Source: a virus (Duplodnaviria; Caudoviricetes). Taken from it: a stretch of 64,000 bases of DNA. The stretch is taken from IMG/VR virus record IMGVR_UViG_3300013383_000002, positions 1-64,000 of that record. One strand, written 5' to 3'. How positions within the stretch are numbered: position 1 is the first letter of the stretch; each line of letters starts with the position of its first letter. Positions 21,301 through 33,700 of this stretch are shown piece after piece. The notes beneath the pieces were generated by a model. That model was not told the origin of the DNA, ran no database searches, and saw only the letters and a list, made by a program, of their open reading frames with translations. A program made the position numbers and the translations under genes.

Positions 21301-23841
21301 ACAGAGAACGAGAAAAAAATCAAAAAACTTTGTGAAGGTATTGAAGACGTAAAGGATGCTTTTGACAAAGGAACTGAAGCTTTAGCCAACGGTGAGACTC
21401 CTGCTGACGATTATTGGCAAGCTCTTTCTAAAATTGAGAGTAAAGGCCGCCAAGTCTTTGGGGAGAATTTTACTCAAGATTTCATCCAGCAAAATGCTGA
21501 TTTGATTTCTCAGTTGACCGAAGGCGGAGAAGCTGGCGAGCAAGCTTTTATTTCCCTTCAACAAAAGATTTCTGAAGCCACTCAGAAAGCAGTTGAGGAT
21601 TTGACCTATTTTGATACTAATCTTCAACAGATCAGAAGCGTACTTGATGGACTCGATGGAGTAAAAGCCGAGTTCAAGGTCAATGGCACTGCTGATGTGT
21701 CTCAATTAGTTCAGCAACTAATTCTTGCGGGTAACACTGCGGCTGAGGCCGCGCGGATTGTTGAATCTTTGACAGGTTCAACTGTTACTTATACTGTTGA
21801 CTGGCAGTGGGTTACTCTTCCTACTTCGTTAGCAATGAGTTCCACTTATGCCGGTCTTGAGAAGGCAGGCGCGAGTGGCGGTTTTACTTCTGTAAAAATT
21901 CCTAAAGTTATTCAGGCAGTTGGCACAAAAAATAATTATAGCGGCTCCGGATACTCCGGTTCTTCTAGCGGAGGCGGCGGAGGAGGAGGAAGTTCTTCTA
22001 AAGATACCGTTTGGGAGAATCCTTATGATAAGCTTTATAATTTGACGGAGCAAATCAATGAGGCTCTACGTCAGCGCGAAAAACTTGAAAGAGAGTATGA
22101 CAGAATTCTTGAGCGCAGAGGCTCGACTTTCAAAGAACTTCGTGCGAACTACAATGCTCAAGTCAAGTCTCTTGAAGAAGAAATCAAACTCCAAGAGAAA
22201 CTGCGTGCGGGTCGTAAGGGACAGCTTGATGCGATTAGTAATGAAAAATATACAGATAGCGAAGGAAATCGTAAGACGTTCGCGCAGACCGGAGCAACAA
22301 AATATGCACGATATGACCAGAATCTAAACCGCATTATTATTGATTGGAATGCTATTGATATGATTACTGATGATGACCTTGGTTCTGCGGTTGAGGCTTA
22401 TATCAGTCGTCTTGAGGAGCTCCAAGATCAATTTGAAACTACAGATGAAACTATTGAAAATATGAAAGATACTCTTGATGAGTTGCGTAAAAGTCAAATG
22501 TCTGATTATCTTGATTTTGAGCAAAGTGTTTATGATGCCCTTGTAAACGCTCAACAAAAGCTTATTGACGAATATCAATCTCTATCTGATAGTATTGCTG
22601 ATTCGAATTCCAAAATTTTGGAAAATCTCCAAGAAAGTATTGACTTAGAGCGTCAAATTAGAGACAACACAAAGACAGAAGAAGATATCAATGAGAAAGA
22701 AGCTCGTTTAGCTTTCTTGCGACGTGATACTTCAAACGCCAACGCTTTAGAAATCAAAAAAATGGAAGAGGAATTGAGCGACGCTCGTGAAAATTATTCT
22801 GATAGTTTAGTTGACCAACAACTTGAACGCCTTACTCAACAAAATCAAGATGCACAAGAGGCACGTGAAAAGCAAATTGAACTTATGCAAGCTCAACTTG
22901 ATTATGCTTCTGAGAATGGCGAATTCTGGAATAGAGCCTATGAATTGATAAATGAAGGCTTCGCGGCAGATGGCTCTCTCAATCAAGCAGCTCAATTATG
23001 GGAACTCCTCAAAGCTGATGAAGGCTGGAATGGTCTAAGTAAATTCGGCCAACTAAATTGGCAAGAAGAAATTTCTAAGGCGATTATCGCTGCCAGCCAA
23101 GGCTATGCTAACTGGAACATGTATAAAGCTGAACAAGTGGACAAGTCTTTGGTTCTACCAGATGGAACTTTATTGACTTATGATGGGAAGCAATGGAAAG
23201 ATAGTAATGGCAATGTTTATAATGGAATTGATTTTGATTCTAATAAAAATCAATTTACCTATGGTTCAATTGATTATGCTACACCACCAACACCAGGAGG
23301 GGGCAGTACCGGTTCATCTAGTGGAGCCGAGAAGAAAGAAATTTCTGTTGGCAGCACATTCAATGCTACTGGTGCTCCTATCTATCCATATCCGGGCGGC
23401 TCGGCTCAGCGGCAATATTTTGCTAATGACCCTTACTATGTAGCAATTGGTGAATCTGGCGATTATTGGCTTGCTCGTTGGCATGGAGCTTCTTCTGGCT
23501 CAACTGGTTGGTTCAAGAAAACAGATGTAAAGGCATATAAAACTGGCGGCTTAGCTGATTTTACTGGGCCAGCATGGCTTGATGGAACTAAATCTCGCCC
23601 AGAATTGGTTCTCAACGCCAAAGATACTCAGAACTTCCTTATTTTGAAAGATATTCTGGGTTCTGCTGTTAAAAACGCTGGAACAGCAACAAACGGTGGA
23701 GATAATTATTATGATATAAATATTTCTGTCGATGAAATTGCTTCTGACTATGATGTTGACCAACTAGCGCGTCGTGTTAAGGAACAAATAGTCGAGGATA
23801 GTACGTATCGTAATGTCAACGCAATAAACTTTATCAGATAA
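15368..23841 (+). CDS. tape measure protein, spliced: join(15368..17260,17557..17584,17921..23841), 2613 aa
   Basis: Long helical protein with a TP901-type TMP core (ELDNAMTEIAVV...ESAETIGSALRT), hydrophobic segments and C-terminal YKTGGLADFTGPAWLDG; exons total 7842 nt in frame. Confidence 0.88.
17261..17556 (+). mobile_element. group I intron 1 in tape measure gene (ORF-less, 296 nt)
   Basis: P1 AAGAUAU/GUAUCUU; AATTGCGGGAA...AATCCGCAAC; P7 GACTA/TAGTC; terminal G. Confidence 0.9.
17585..17920 (+). mobile_element. group I intron 2 in tape measure gene (ORF-less, 336 nt, predicted C-G 5' splice site)
   Basis: P1 GCAGUAGAC/GUCCACUGC, P10 GUU/AAC, same core as intron 1; join gives AAGSRQQSRF. 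Confidence 0.82.
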
Positions 23842-23899
23842 ATCGAGCCTTCCAAGGGAACTACGACTTATAAAAAGATTGAGTAAAGGAGGAAAGCAG

Positions 23900-24784
23900 A
23901 TGAGCGTTTTAGGTGGAGACTTCATTGGTTTCTCTTTTGATGGTCATCATTCCTCCGACCTTGGAATTATAAGGGTAAGTGATGGAAGCAGATATACTGA
24001 TTATCTGCTTCCCACTTTCCAGGATTTGACAGTCCAAGTTCCAGGCGGAGACGGAACCTACTACTTTGGTTCGTATGATACATCAAGAAATTTTTCTATT
24101 TCTATCGCCTTTGATAGTCTAAAGGAAGAACAGATTAGTAACCTCCGGAAAATTTTTGGAGAGAAGAAGGTTGGTAAACTTATTTTTGATGAAGCACCAT
24201 ATAAATATTACATGGTAAAAGTTACAAGCCAGCCACAGCTAAAATATATTTGTTTTGGTAAAACGGGTGACACTCGTATTTATAAAGGTGAAGGTACAAT
24301 TCAATTCACTGCCTATTATCCCTACGCAAAAAGTACAGCTCTTTTTCTTGGCGCGACCAATTTAGCTTCACTTGAGAATAAAAATGAGTGGGCAGCCGCG
24401 AGTCGTTTGCCGCAGACGGCACCAACTTTGACTGGAAGTTCAATTCCTGTTTATAATGTTGGCGACTTACCAATGGATTGGCGCGCGCGATATGTATTCC
24501 CTAATGTCCCAACTGACATTTATATGGATGGGGTTGGAATGCTAAAATTTTCAGCTATTGCCAAGCAAGGTAGCGATGAATTTATTGAGGTAAATTCAAA
24601 AACAAACCTGATAGAAGGTTTGGATACGAATGGAGAAAAGACTGGAAATATTTATAATAAATTCATGACCGGCGGAACTTTTTTCAAAATTCCTCCTATG
24701 GCAAGTGAGTCAGAGAAAAAGAATTTTATTTCGGTTGGCACTTCTTCTTGTTGGAAATTACTATACGACTATATCTATTACTAA
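23900..24784 (+). CDS. distal tail protein (Dit)
   Basis: Follows the TMP; FSFDGHHSSDLGI...VPGGDG...LIFDEAPYKYY pattern typical of Dit. Confidence 0.75.
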   Translation: MSVLGGDFIGFSFDGHHSSDLGIIRVSDGSRYTDYLLPTFQDLTVQVPGGDGTYYFGSYDTSRNFSISIAFDSLKEEQISNLRKIFGEKKVGKLIFDEAPYKYYMVKVTSQPQLKYICFGKTGDTRIYKGEGTIQFTAYYPYAKSTALFLGATNLASLENKNEWAAASRLPQTAPTLTGSSIPVYNVGDLPMDWRARYVFPNVPTDIYMDGVGMLKFSAIAKQGSDEFIEVNSKTNLIEGLDTNGEKTGNIYNKFMTGGTFFKIPPMASESEKKNFISVGTSSCWKLLYDYIYY

Positions 24785-24794
24785 GGAGGTTTGA

Positions 24795-27700
24795 ATGAAA
24801 AAAGATATTTATCAAATCTCTTTATGGGAAGATTATGTAGTTCCGGCAACTGATACTGTCCCAGAGCATTATGAAGAACAACTTCTAGGCATTATTGGCT
24901 CTGATACGATGACAGCAGAATATCGTGCAACAGAACCAAAGTTGATTCAAAATATCAACGGAACAAATACTCTTACTTTCAAAGTCTACTATACCTATAT
25001 TGATACAGAGACCGGAGAGCGTCAAGATAATCCTTTTATAAAATTTCTAGTAAACGAACGGAAAGTAAAGTGTTTATGGAAAGGACAATGGTATGACTTC
25101 GTAATCAAGTCAATTCAAGAAGATAGCTCTGGTAAATCAATTACTTATACTTGTAAAGACTTGTATATAAACGAGTTGAGCAAGACAGGTTTCAATTTAG
25201 AATTTGACAATGAACTTGAAAATAATCAGGGGACGGCGCAAGAGCTTGGCGCAAAGATATTAGAAGGTACGGATTGGCAGATCTCGTCCGAAGGACAAGA
25301 CGTTATTCAGCAGACAGTTGAAGAACCACTTTTTCTGGTCCAAATTCAATCTGCTATTACAGCCTATAAGAGTAATGGACAGGATACTTATAATATTCCT
25401 TCTGGTAAAAAAATACTTGTGCCTTACTCCGTTACTCAAACTCCTTATCCGGCTATCTTCCAATTCTTCTATGATGAAGATGAAAATTATGCGAAATATC
25501 AGGAAGACAATAGTGTTCATTTGACTGGGCTAGATTGCTCATTACTCAAAAATCCAGCTTATTCTGAAACAGAAGATGGAACTTTTACTCTAAAATCTGG
25601 AAGCACAACTATTCTAACAATTCCTAATACTCAGGTATTATCAGATTGGCGCGCCGATAGACCAGTCCGCGCGCCTCTACAAGAGTATAGTGCCCTTGTA
25701 GGAAGATATTGCTATGTTTACAAAGGATATGCCGGAAAAAAGATTTATAAATATATTACTACTGAATATAATGACCCAACAGTGGTTTTGAATTTAGTCG
25801 TCAACAATAAGGAATTCAAAGACACTACTGGTTGGATTGGTGAAGGAATTAGTTGGCAACTCTATCCCCCTTATACTGACATTAGTAATATAGAGGCTTA
25901 TAGTGCAACAACATATCTTGGTCTTCAAGGCGGAAAGACTATTTATAACTCTGGCCTTCAAAAGTCTTCTATGTATATTGAGGGCGGTTTCCAAAAAGGC
26001 GAGAAATACGTTTTTCGCGTAAAAGGATATCAAACACTTGGTGGAGCAAAACTAACAACCAATCATCACATAGACCCCAAGGTTTGTACTCATGATAATA
26101 ATTTTGCTCCATTAGCAACTTCTGATGCTAATTATGTTGATTATTTTGACATTGGAGCCGCGGTTCAAAATGGCGATTGGATTGAGTACCCAATGACCTG
26201 TAAGGTCTCAATTCCTCGTTCTAAAATTACAACCTCAAATATCGGCTTATTTATTACTCCTGTTGTAAGTTGCTGGATTGAAGAATTTCAATTCTTCAAA
26301 GAGGTTTATGGTAAAGACAGCGACGGTAATTCTACAAGAATAAACCCTGGCGAAATGGATAAAAATAGTGTAGCAACGGAAGTTTATTGCTATTTCGATT
26401 CTGCAACAACGGTGCTTGATGAGAAAGACATAGAGTATCTTTGGAAGTCTACTTCTGACTGGTCTGGAAGCGATGCGCCAGAGCCTCAATATTCTGTTGA
26501 TACTGATGGCAATTATACCTATGAAAAAATTCGTAATATTACTGGAAAAAATTCAAATCGTTTCAACCTCTTACAATCTATTGCTGAGACTTTTGAATGT
26601 TGGGTTCGCTTTGAAATAAAACATAACGAAAATACAGGTAAAATTCTTTATGAGAACGGAAAGCCGCAAAAGTTTGTTTATTTCAAAAATGAAGTTGGAG
26701 AAGAAAACGGATGTGGATTTGTTTATGGAATTGACTTAAAGACAATATCACGTTCTATCAACTCAGACCAGATTACATCGAAAGTTGTTGTGGTTCCGAA
26801 CACCACTCAATACGCAGAAAACGGCGTATGTGAAATTGCTCAGTCAGAATACAATCCTTGTAAAGAAAACTTCATCCTCAACTTTGATTATTATATAAAC
26901 CAAGGATTACTAGATGGAGGAACGGTAAATAAGGATTTGTGGCTTTCTTCTGCTTCAGGAGGACTTGGATACTATCCTTCTCTCAAAGAAAAGAACGAAG
27001 AATACTATAAGTCTGTTGAAGATAACACGGCAAGAAAGCTTGAGCATGACAAACAGAATTCAACTCTTCAGCTTTATCAGCAGTACTTGACTTCAACGAC
27101 AGAACAGATTACTTCAACTAAATCTGATATTGCTAGGCTGGCTGGCTTATCTTCCTATGATGCCGCGCGAGTTACTAGTTATATAAAAGAGCACCCTGGT
27201 TTTGAGAAGCTAGAGACACTTATTGTCACTCTAAAGACTTTAGAGGAACAAAAAACAGATTACCAAAATATTTATGATAATCTAAAGAAGAGTGTTGATG
27301 CTCTTGAAAAAGCGATTGAAGCATCAGAAGCACGACAGAAAGAACTTTTAGATGAGATGGAAATACTTCATAAAGCTTTTTATGAAAAGTATTCTCGTTT
27401 TATTCAAGAGGGTTCGTGGACTTCTCAAAACTATTTAGATGAAAATCTTTATTACTTGGACGCAAAATCTGTGGCTTACACAAGCGCGCGCCCTCAAATC
27501 TCTTATAATATTTCCGTTTTGAGATTGAGCGCACTTGAAGAATTCAAGAATAAAATTTTCAAAATTGGCGATATAAGTTATATTGAAGATACTGAATTTT
27601 TTGGATATACTTATATTACTACTGATAGTGGAAAAGTAAGAAGTCCCTATCGTGAGAAAGTTCTAATTAGTGAAATTATCTCTAATTTCGATAGCCCTGA

Positions 27701-30700
27701 AAAAGATAGTTTCAAAGTCCAAAACTACAAAACTCAGTTTGAAGACTTGTTTCAACGAATTACAGCTACAACACAATCCCTTCAATATTCAACAGGCGAA
27801 TATCAGCGAGCTTCCGATGTAATTGAAGGAACAGGTGTAATAAATAATGAAACACTTCAATCAAGTATCGCGCGCAATGAACAGTTAGTTTTTAGTTCTC
27901 AAAACAATACAATAGTCAAAGACGCTACCGGTTTGACAGTTATTGACGCAAGTAATCCATCTAATCAAACAAAAATTACTGCTGGTGGCCTTTTCATTAC
28001 AACTGATGGTGGTTCGACTTGGAAAAATGCTATTCGTGGCGAAGGTATTGCTACTCAATACTTGACTGCAGGGGCAATAAATACTGAAAATATTACAATA
28101 CTTGATGGTATCAACCCCTCTTTCCGCTGGGATAGTTACGGTATTACAGCTTATAAAAAGAATGTTTCAGATAACGGAGTTTTGCTTGGGTATACTTCAA
28201 ACCAATTTGTTCGATATGATCAGTATGGCATTTATGGCGTAAAAGACATCACAATCCAAGACGCTTCTGGTGAGTATAAACCTTCAAGTGAAGACCAAAT
28301 TTGGGGCGATGCGTCATTTGGTTTGACTTGGAAAGGTTTTTTCCTTAAGAACAAATATGGCGCTGGCCTTGTTGAAATTTCCTCAGAGAAAGACATCAAT
28401 ATAAGTGATGGTACGAACGATCGTATTCGTATTGGCAAGCTGTCTGGAATTGGGACAACCGAAAATCCTTATGTCTTTGGTATTAGAATAAGTGATGCCA
28501 CTGGCGCGACAGTCATGGAGACAAATAGTGACGGGACTCTTTGGCTCAAAGATAGCTTGAATATAGAAACAACAGATGATGGATTAAAAGTAGCTATTGG
28601 CAAGCTCGGAGAAAGAGATGATAGTGGTCTTGCGCAGGTTATAAATGCCAATGAAGCATTTATTGTTTATGAGGATGGATCAGTTCGCGCGCTCAATGGC
28701 AACTTTACTGGTGTCATAAATGCTACCGATGGTTTCTTTAGTGGCGTTATTAATGCTACCGATGGCTCCTTTACTGGTATTATAAATGCGACTGGCGGTA
28801 CAATTGGTTCCATTCAAATCACCAATGAGGGTCTAACCGTAGGAAATGGTGGTTTTGAGATTACAAAAACTGGCGTAGATGGGACTATTGAAAAGCTTCT
28901 CTATGTTGACGACGAAGGTAATCTAAAAATTACTGGTGACTTAGAAGGCGCTGGCGGATATTTTAGTGGAGAACTTCGCGCGCCAACTGGTGTCATTGGT
29001 GGATTTGTTATTGAAGAAAACCTTCTATATTCTCTCGGCCAAGATGAAAATGGTTCTCCAAATATAGTTCTAAAAGGTACAGAAGGGAAAATCATCGCGC
29101 GCGACATTGAATTAGGTGTCGGCGCGGTCATTAAGGATTACATCAAGCTTGGTAATGCTTATCTTCAGAACCCTGATATTCATGATAATAAGTTTATTGA
29201 AGTCAAAGATAGTGATAGAACTATTATTTCTTTGACAGATACTGGAATTCTAACTCTTGGTTCTTTGACTTTCAATGGAATTGAGTCAACAATCAATGGA
29301 AAGAACTGGGGAATTACGCCAGACGAAGCCCGATTTGGCAATGTCATCGCGCAGGGCGGTACAATTGAAAACGTAATTTTCAAGACCTCCTCAATTCAAA
29401 CTGTTGGCGGTTTGATGATTTTCAAGCCAACTAGCCATGGCCTTGGTGAGGGAAATATTTTTGCACTTGATGAAGAGAACAGCTTCTTCCAAGTTGGAGA
29501 TTTTGTAAGTATTACGTTTATTGGAGAACGAAATTTCTCTATTGAAACTTATATTGTCGCAAAAGATGGGTTGGAGATAACCTTGGCGGATGCGGTGGAC
29601 GGAGCGGAGGCTATTACTAAATTGGCTTCTGCTATCTGGTCTGATGGAAAGGCTATTTCTCTTTCTGATGAATTACTAATTGGTGTCAACCCCAATCCCG
29701 TTGGACTTGGTACAGATAGTCATCTATTTAGAAGCGGCTTTTCTTTCCTTGAACCAGAGTTAAAAGCAGATGGCAAAGGTCTGGAATATGGCGCGCCAAG
29801 CCTTTTCTTGGGTAATTTGTCTTCTCTGGGAATTCAAAACGTTTCCGGTTTTGGTCTTTACGGCGAAAATGTCTTCCTAAAAGGTACTCTGACAACAAAA
29901 ACTGGCGCAGATACCTATGCTGGCATCAATACTTTGAGTGGCGTATTATCTGATAAGGCACGTTTTACGTCTCAAGGTAAGATTGTTATTTGGGCTGGCG
30001 CGAGTGATTTTGATGAAAGTTCTATTCGGAATGCTCCTTTCTTTGTAACTGATAATGGTAATTTGTTTGCGCGTCAAGGTGTATTCGAGGGGTCGATCCT
30101 TACAAATTCTACCATTCAAGGCGCTGATATTTATGCCGCGCGACTTCATGGTGGTACTCAGGACGCTGATGGTGTCTCTGCTCTTACCGTATACGATACT
30201 TCCGCAGGAATTATTTTCAAGAAAAACTTTGATGAAAGCAACAAAGAAAATGGCGGGCAAGAAACATTTAGGATAAGCGCGGATGGTTTTCTAAGAGAAG
30301 AAAATGAATTTATCTCTTTTGAGGACGGTGTCCAATTTACTGGTGCACTTTCTCTTATGGATAAATTTATAACTAGAAGTGATAATGCTTCCCTTACAAT
30401 AACAGGAACCGCCATCTATAAAGGTATTCCTATCGATCAAGGCAACGATAAAATTGTTTCAAAAATAGAGTTCTCTACTGGGGATAAGGAACAAATTGAT
30501 TTTACGATAGGAGAGAGAATTGCTTCTTTCAATAATGAAGAGGCAGTTTTTGATAAAAAAACAGTATTGCGCGATGACGTACTCATGGGAGACATAAATA
30601 CCGTCTATGTTTCTTATCAAAAGGTGGCTAAGGGCTACGATGTTTATGTTTATACTAATGAGAACGTCGATGTGAGTTCTAATATTGTTGACGTTGCAAT

Positions 30701-30725
30701 TGCGGGTTATGCGATTGCGGGATAA
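24795..30725 (+). CDS. tail hub/central spike (Tal-like) protein with coiled coil and beta-repeat C-terminus
   Basis: 1976 aa after Dit; coiled-coil segment, then GIATQYLTAGAINT and FTGVINATDG repeats. Confidence 0.7.
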   Translation: MKKDIYQISLWEDYVVPATDTVPEHYEEQLLGIIGSDTMTAEYRATEPKLIQNINGTNTLTFKVYYTYIDTETGERQDNPFIKFLVNERKVKCLWKGQWYDFVIKSIQEDSSGKSITYTCKDLYINELSKTGFNLEFDNELENNQGTAQELGAKILEGTDWQISSEGQDVIQQTVEEPLFLVQIQSAITAYKSNGQDTYNIPSGKKILVPYSVTQTPYPAIFQFFYDEDENYAKYQEDNSVHLTGLDCSLLKNPAYSETEDGTFTLKSGSTTILTIPNTQVLSDWRADRPVRAPLQEYSALVGRYCYVYKGYAGKKIYKYITTEYNDPTVVLNLVVNNKEFKDTTGWIGEGISWQLYPPYTDISNIEAYSATTYLGLQGGKTIYNSGLQKSSMYIEGGFQKGEKYVFRVKGYQTLGGAKLTTNHHIDPKVCTHDNNFAPLATSDANYVDYFDIGAAVQNGDWIEYPMTCKVSIPRSKITTSNIGLFITPVVSCWIEEFQFFKEVYGKDSDGNSTRINPGEMDKNSVATEVYCYFDSATTVLDEKDIEYLWKSTSDWSGSDAPEPQYSVDTDGNYTYEKIRNITGKNSNRFNLLQSIAETFECWVRFEIKHNENTGKILYENGKPQKFVYFKNEVGEENGCGFVYGIDLKTISRSINSDQITSKVVVVPNTTQYAENGVCEIAQSEYNPCKENFILNFDYYINQGLLDGGTVNKDLWLSSASGGLGYYPSLKEKNEEYYKSVEDNTARKLEHDKQNSTLQLYQQYLTSTTEQITSTKSDIARLAGLSSYDAARVTSYIKEHPGFEKLETLIVTLKTLEEQKTDYQNIYDNLKKSVDALEKAIEASEARQKELLDEMEILHKAFYEKYSRFIQEGSWTSQNYLDENLYYLDAKSVAYTSARPQISYNISVLRLSALEEFKNKIFKIGDISYIEDTEFFGYTYITTDSGKVRSPYREKVLISEIISNFDSPEKDSFKVQNYKTQFEDLFQRITATTQSLQYSTGEYQRASDVIEGTGVINNETLQSSIARNEQLVFSSQNNTIVKDATGLTVIDASNPSNQTKITAGGLFITTDGGSTWKNAIRGEGIATQYLTAGAINTENITILDGINPSFRWDSYGITAYKKNVSDNGVLLGYTSNQFVRYDQYGIYGVKDITIQDASGEYKPSSEDQIWGDASFGLTWKGFFLKNKYGAGLVEISSEKDINISDGTNDRIRIGKLSGIGTTENPYVFGIRISDATGATVMETNSDGTLWLKDSLNIETTDDGLKVAIGKLGERDDSGLAQVINANEAFIVYEDGSVRALNGNFTGVINATDGFFSGVINATDGSFTGIINATGGTIGSIQITNEGLTVGNGGFEITKTGVDGTIEKLLYVDDEGNLKITGDLEGAGGYFSGELRAPTGVIGGFVIEENLLYSLGQDENGSPNIVLKGTEGKIIARDIELGVGAVIKDYIKLGNAYLQNPDIHDNKFIEVKDSDRTIISLTDTGILTLGSLTFNGIESTINGKNWGITPDEARFGNVIAQGGTIENVIFKTSSIQTVGGLMIFKPTSHGLGEGNIFALDEENSFFQVGDFVSITFIGERNFSIETYIVAKDGLEITLADAVDGAEAITKLASAIWSDGKAISLSDELLIGVNPNPVGLGTDSHLFRSGFSFLEPELKADGKGLEYGAPSLFLGNLSSLGIQNVSGFGLYGENVFLKGTLTTKTGADTYAGINTLSGVLSDKARFTSQGKIVIWAGASDFDESSIRNAPFFVTDNGNLFARQGVFEGSILTNSTIQGADIYAARLHGGTQDADGVSALTVYDTSAGIIFKKNFDESNKENGGQETFRISADGFLREENEFISFEDGVQFTGALSLMDKFITRSDNASLTITGTAIYKGIPIDQGNDKIVSKIEFSTGDKEQIDFTIGERIASFNNEEAVFDKKTVLRDDVLMGDINTVYVSYQKVAKGYDVYVYTNENVDVSSNIVDVAIAGYAIAG
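28699..28797 (+). repeat. 30-bp in-frame degenerate tandem repeat, about 3 copies (F[TS]G[VI]INAT[DG]G)
   Basis: Visible in both DNA and translation. Confidence 0.8.
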
Positions 30726-30738
30726 AGGAGATAAATAA

Positions 30739-33700
30739 ATGGCTACTACTGGTTATTTTGATGGCACAAAAACGAGTAGAGGCTGGTATGCGCGCCTTGA
30801 GTGGTCATACACTCAAGGCACAGCTACCACTATTACTCTAACTCTAAAAGTTTATAACGGAACCTCTCCCTCCTATAATAATACAGCCAATTCGGCTTAT
30901 TATTTGTTGGCGGGCAATAAAGTTTATAAAACCTTCAGTTGGACTTCTGTAGGATGGAATACCCTGGGTTCCACAACGGTTACAGTGGATGGCTCAAAGA
31001 CTAGCTATTCAGCAAGCGCTCAGTGGGTAAGTGGAGTTTCTTCAACATACACTCCCGCTTCACTTTCTGTCAATGGGACTATTAGTTTTCCTGCTTGTAC
31101 CACAGCAGTTGGCGCGCCATCGGGCGGATACGTTAGGACACCATATTTTGATAAAGGAGCTATTGTTCCACCAGCTTCTACGGACATGACCGTAGCGTGG
31201 TGGCCAGCATCTGACGGAAACGGCGGTAATACAGTTTCTTCTTATAAGATATATTTTCTTATTAGTTCAAATGGGGCTAATCCTACGGAAACAAATTATA
31301 CAAAAGTTTTTACAACGACAGATTTGACAAGAGAAACCGACGGCGCTATCAAACGAACTTTCACCCTTCCAATTTCAACTTCTCAAAGAGGCCAAATAAT
31401 TAGAACGGCAGTTCAAGCAATAGGTTCGTTGGGTAGTAATTCTGGCTTAGCTATCTGTTCTACAACTCTAACAGTGAATAAAAAGCCCAGCCCGCCGACT
31501 GGTCCTTCTACTCTTTTTTACGGCTCTTCCTATCAGACCTGTCACCCAGAAATTATTGCTGGTAACTCCAACGACGCTTCACAAGAAGTTAGTTTATATT
31601 ATTCTGCGCCAGGGTCTTCTACAAAGAATCAGTATCTATCCTCAACGTCTTTCTTACTTACAGCGACCGCGCAGACTTATACTTTTTACACTTTTGATGG
31701 CTTGGAATATAGTGATGGCTTTACTTGTACAATTTCAAAAAATACAAAAGCGATAATTTCTAACGTGACTTTAACAGTTTCGGAAACTGCTACTACAAAA
31801 AATCCAAACTTTTCAACTACTTCATTATATGCGACAAAAGTAAAGATTAGCGCAACATCTTCAAAAACCGACGGACGTTTTACTGTTGGTATAAAATATC
31901 AAGACTATTCATCTTCCCCTTCTTCCTATGATAAGAAGATTGTCATTCAAGAGATTGATGGCGGTTCTATTGAAAACAAAGAGGTATCAGTTCTTGATTA
32001 CCTCCCATATGGTGTAAGTTATGGTATCTATCTAATCTATAATGATGGCGTAGAGAATTCTGCGGAAGCCTTTATTGATACTGCGCAGAGTAAAAAGCTA
32101 TCAATCGCGCCGTATCCAGTTCTTCAAAAAACCTATAATCAATTTGCTTTTTCTAATATTTCTGGAACTAATGAAAATGAGTTCTGGAACAAAATTCGTT
32201 TCTGCTATTCCTATGACAGCACTTTTGAAGGAGACAAGACTCGTTTCTTCTTATCGGGCAATTCTCTTGAAATTATTGATACTCAAGTTGGGAAAGATGC
32301 CGGTAATCAATATCTTTGCTATGATGCCACTTTCCCCGATACAATCCCCACTGGGACCTACAACCTACAAGCTTCTCTATATGACGCGCGCCACCAAGAT
32401 AGTTCTGTCACTACTATTTCAAAAACCGAGGCTAAAACTATAAATTCGATTTTGCCAATTTTGACTTCTGCAACTCAACTTGATGTTTTTACTGGTGAAA
32501 CAAGCGACACTTTTACTTTTAGCTTTACTAAATTTTATGCTGACGGAGAAACAATGGCAGACTGGTCAATTAGTTCTCTGGCTTCAAGTGTAACTCCCTA
32601 TTTTAGCTATGATGGAACTCTTTATGAAATAACCAGTTTTACAGTACAAGCCAACGCTAGTGAGGACTTGGTGCGGATTATTTTACCAAAAAGTGCTATC
32701 CCACAAGTATTCTCTTCTTTCCAAAATAAAAATGGTATTTATTCTATGAACCCAGTAATAAAAATTACAAATCTTTATGGCAGAGAGTTTGTTTTTACTG
32801 GAACGGCACTTGTTGGAATAAATTTCAATGCCGCGCCGACCATCACTTTTGAAAAAGAGAATGTAAAATATCGCTATAATAATACTAATTATTCGTTGGG
32901 AAATAATCCAATAAGAGAAACGCTTATCCTTTGTTTTTCTCCTGTTATAAAAGCATATAATGGTTCTCAAATAAATTTCTTTGTTGATATTTCAAGAACA
33001 GCCGCTTCTGGCCCGTGGACGGTATTCTCGAAAGGGAGTTGTTCTAAGGTTGGAATACCATCTTATAATACTCCAATTACGATTAGTTCAGAGGGAATAG
33101 GTCAAACTATTGTAAAAGAAATAACAGATAGTAATAATTGCTGGTTCAGAATTCGTATAAATGATGGATATAACAATGAAGTAACCAGCTCAATTGTTGG
33201 ACCATTCTCGCGCGCAAAACATACTCCAATGGATTTATCTCTTTCTGATATTTCTTATGCTTCTCAGAAAATTAGTTTCAATTATAAAATAAATGATTTA
33301 GGTCTTGAACAATCTTCTTTGACTGATGGGACTGTTGTAATTCAACACTCTGCTGGCGCGCTCCAAGACACTTCCGCGCAGATTGCCTGGGTTCCGCATA
33401 GTTTGACTTGGAGTTCATTCTACACTGGCTCTTCATCTTCCGTTAGTTATACTTTATCAGGAAATTTTGAGTACGTTCGCGCAAAAATGACGACCCTTGT
33501 AACCACAGATTATCCTTCTGGACTCTCTATTACTACTAGAAAAATTTCTTATTCCAATAGTAGTTTGGTTTACAATGTTACTCCCACTTTTGCGATTAGA
33601 AGAAACCAACTTGGAGTAAATGTTGTTGAACCAACAGACTATGCCGACGGGGCAATTGTTATTGGTGCCTCAACTGGCAAAAAATTGGTCTATTTCTTGA

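Noticed and set aside
23860-23878. Late-promoter motif CTTATA (also at about 143 and 34303)
   Set aside because: Too short and AT-rich to distinguish from chance by eye
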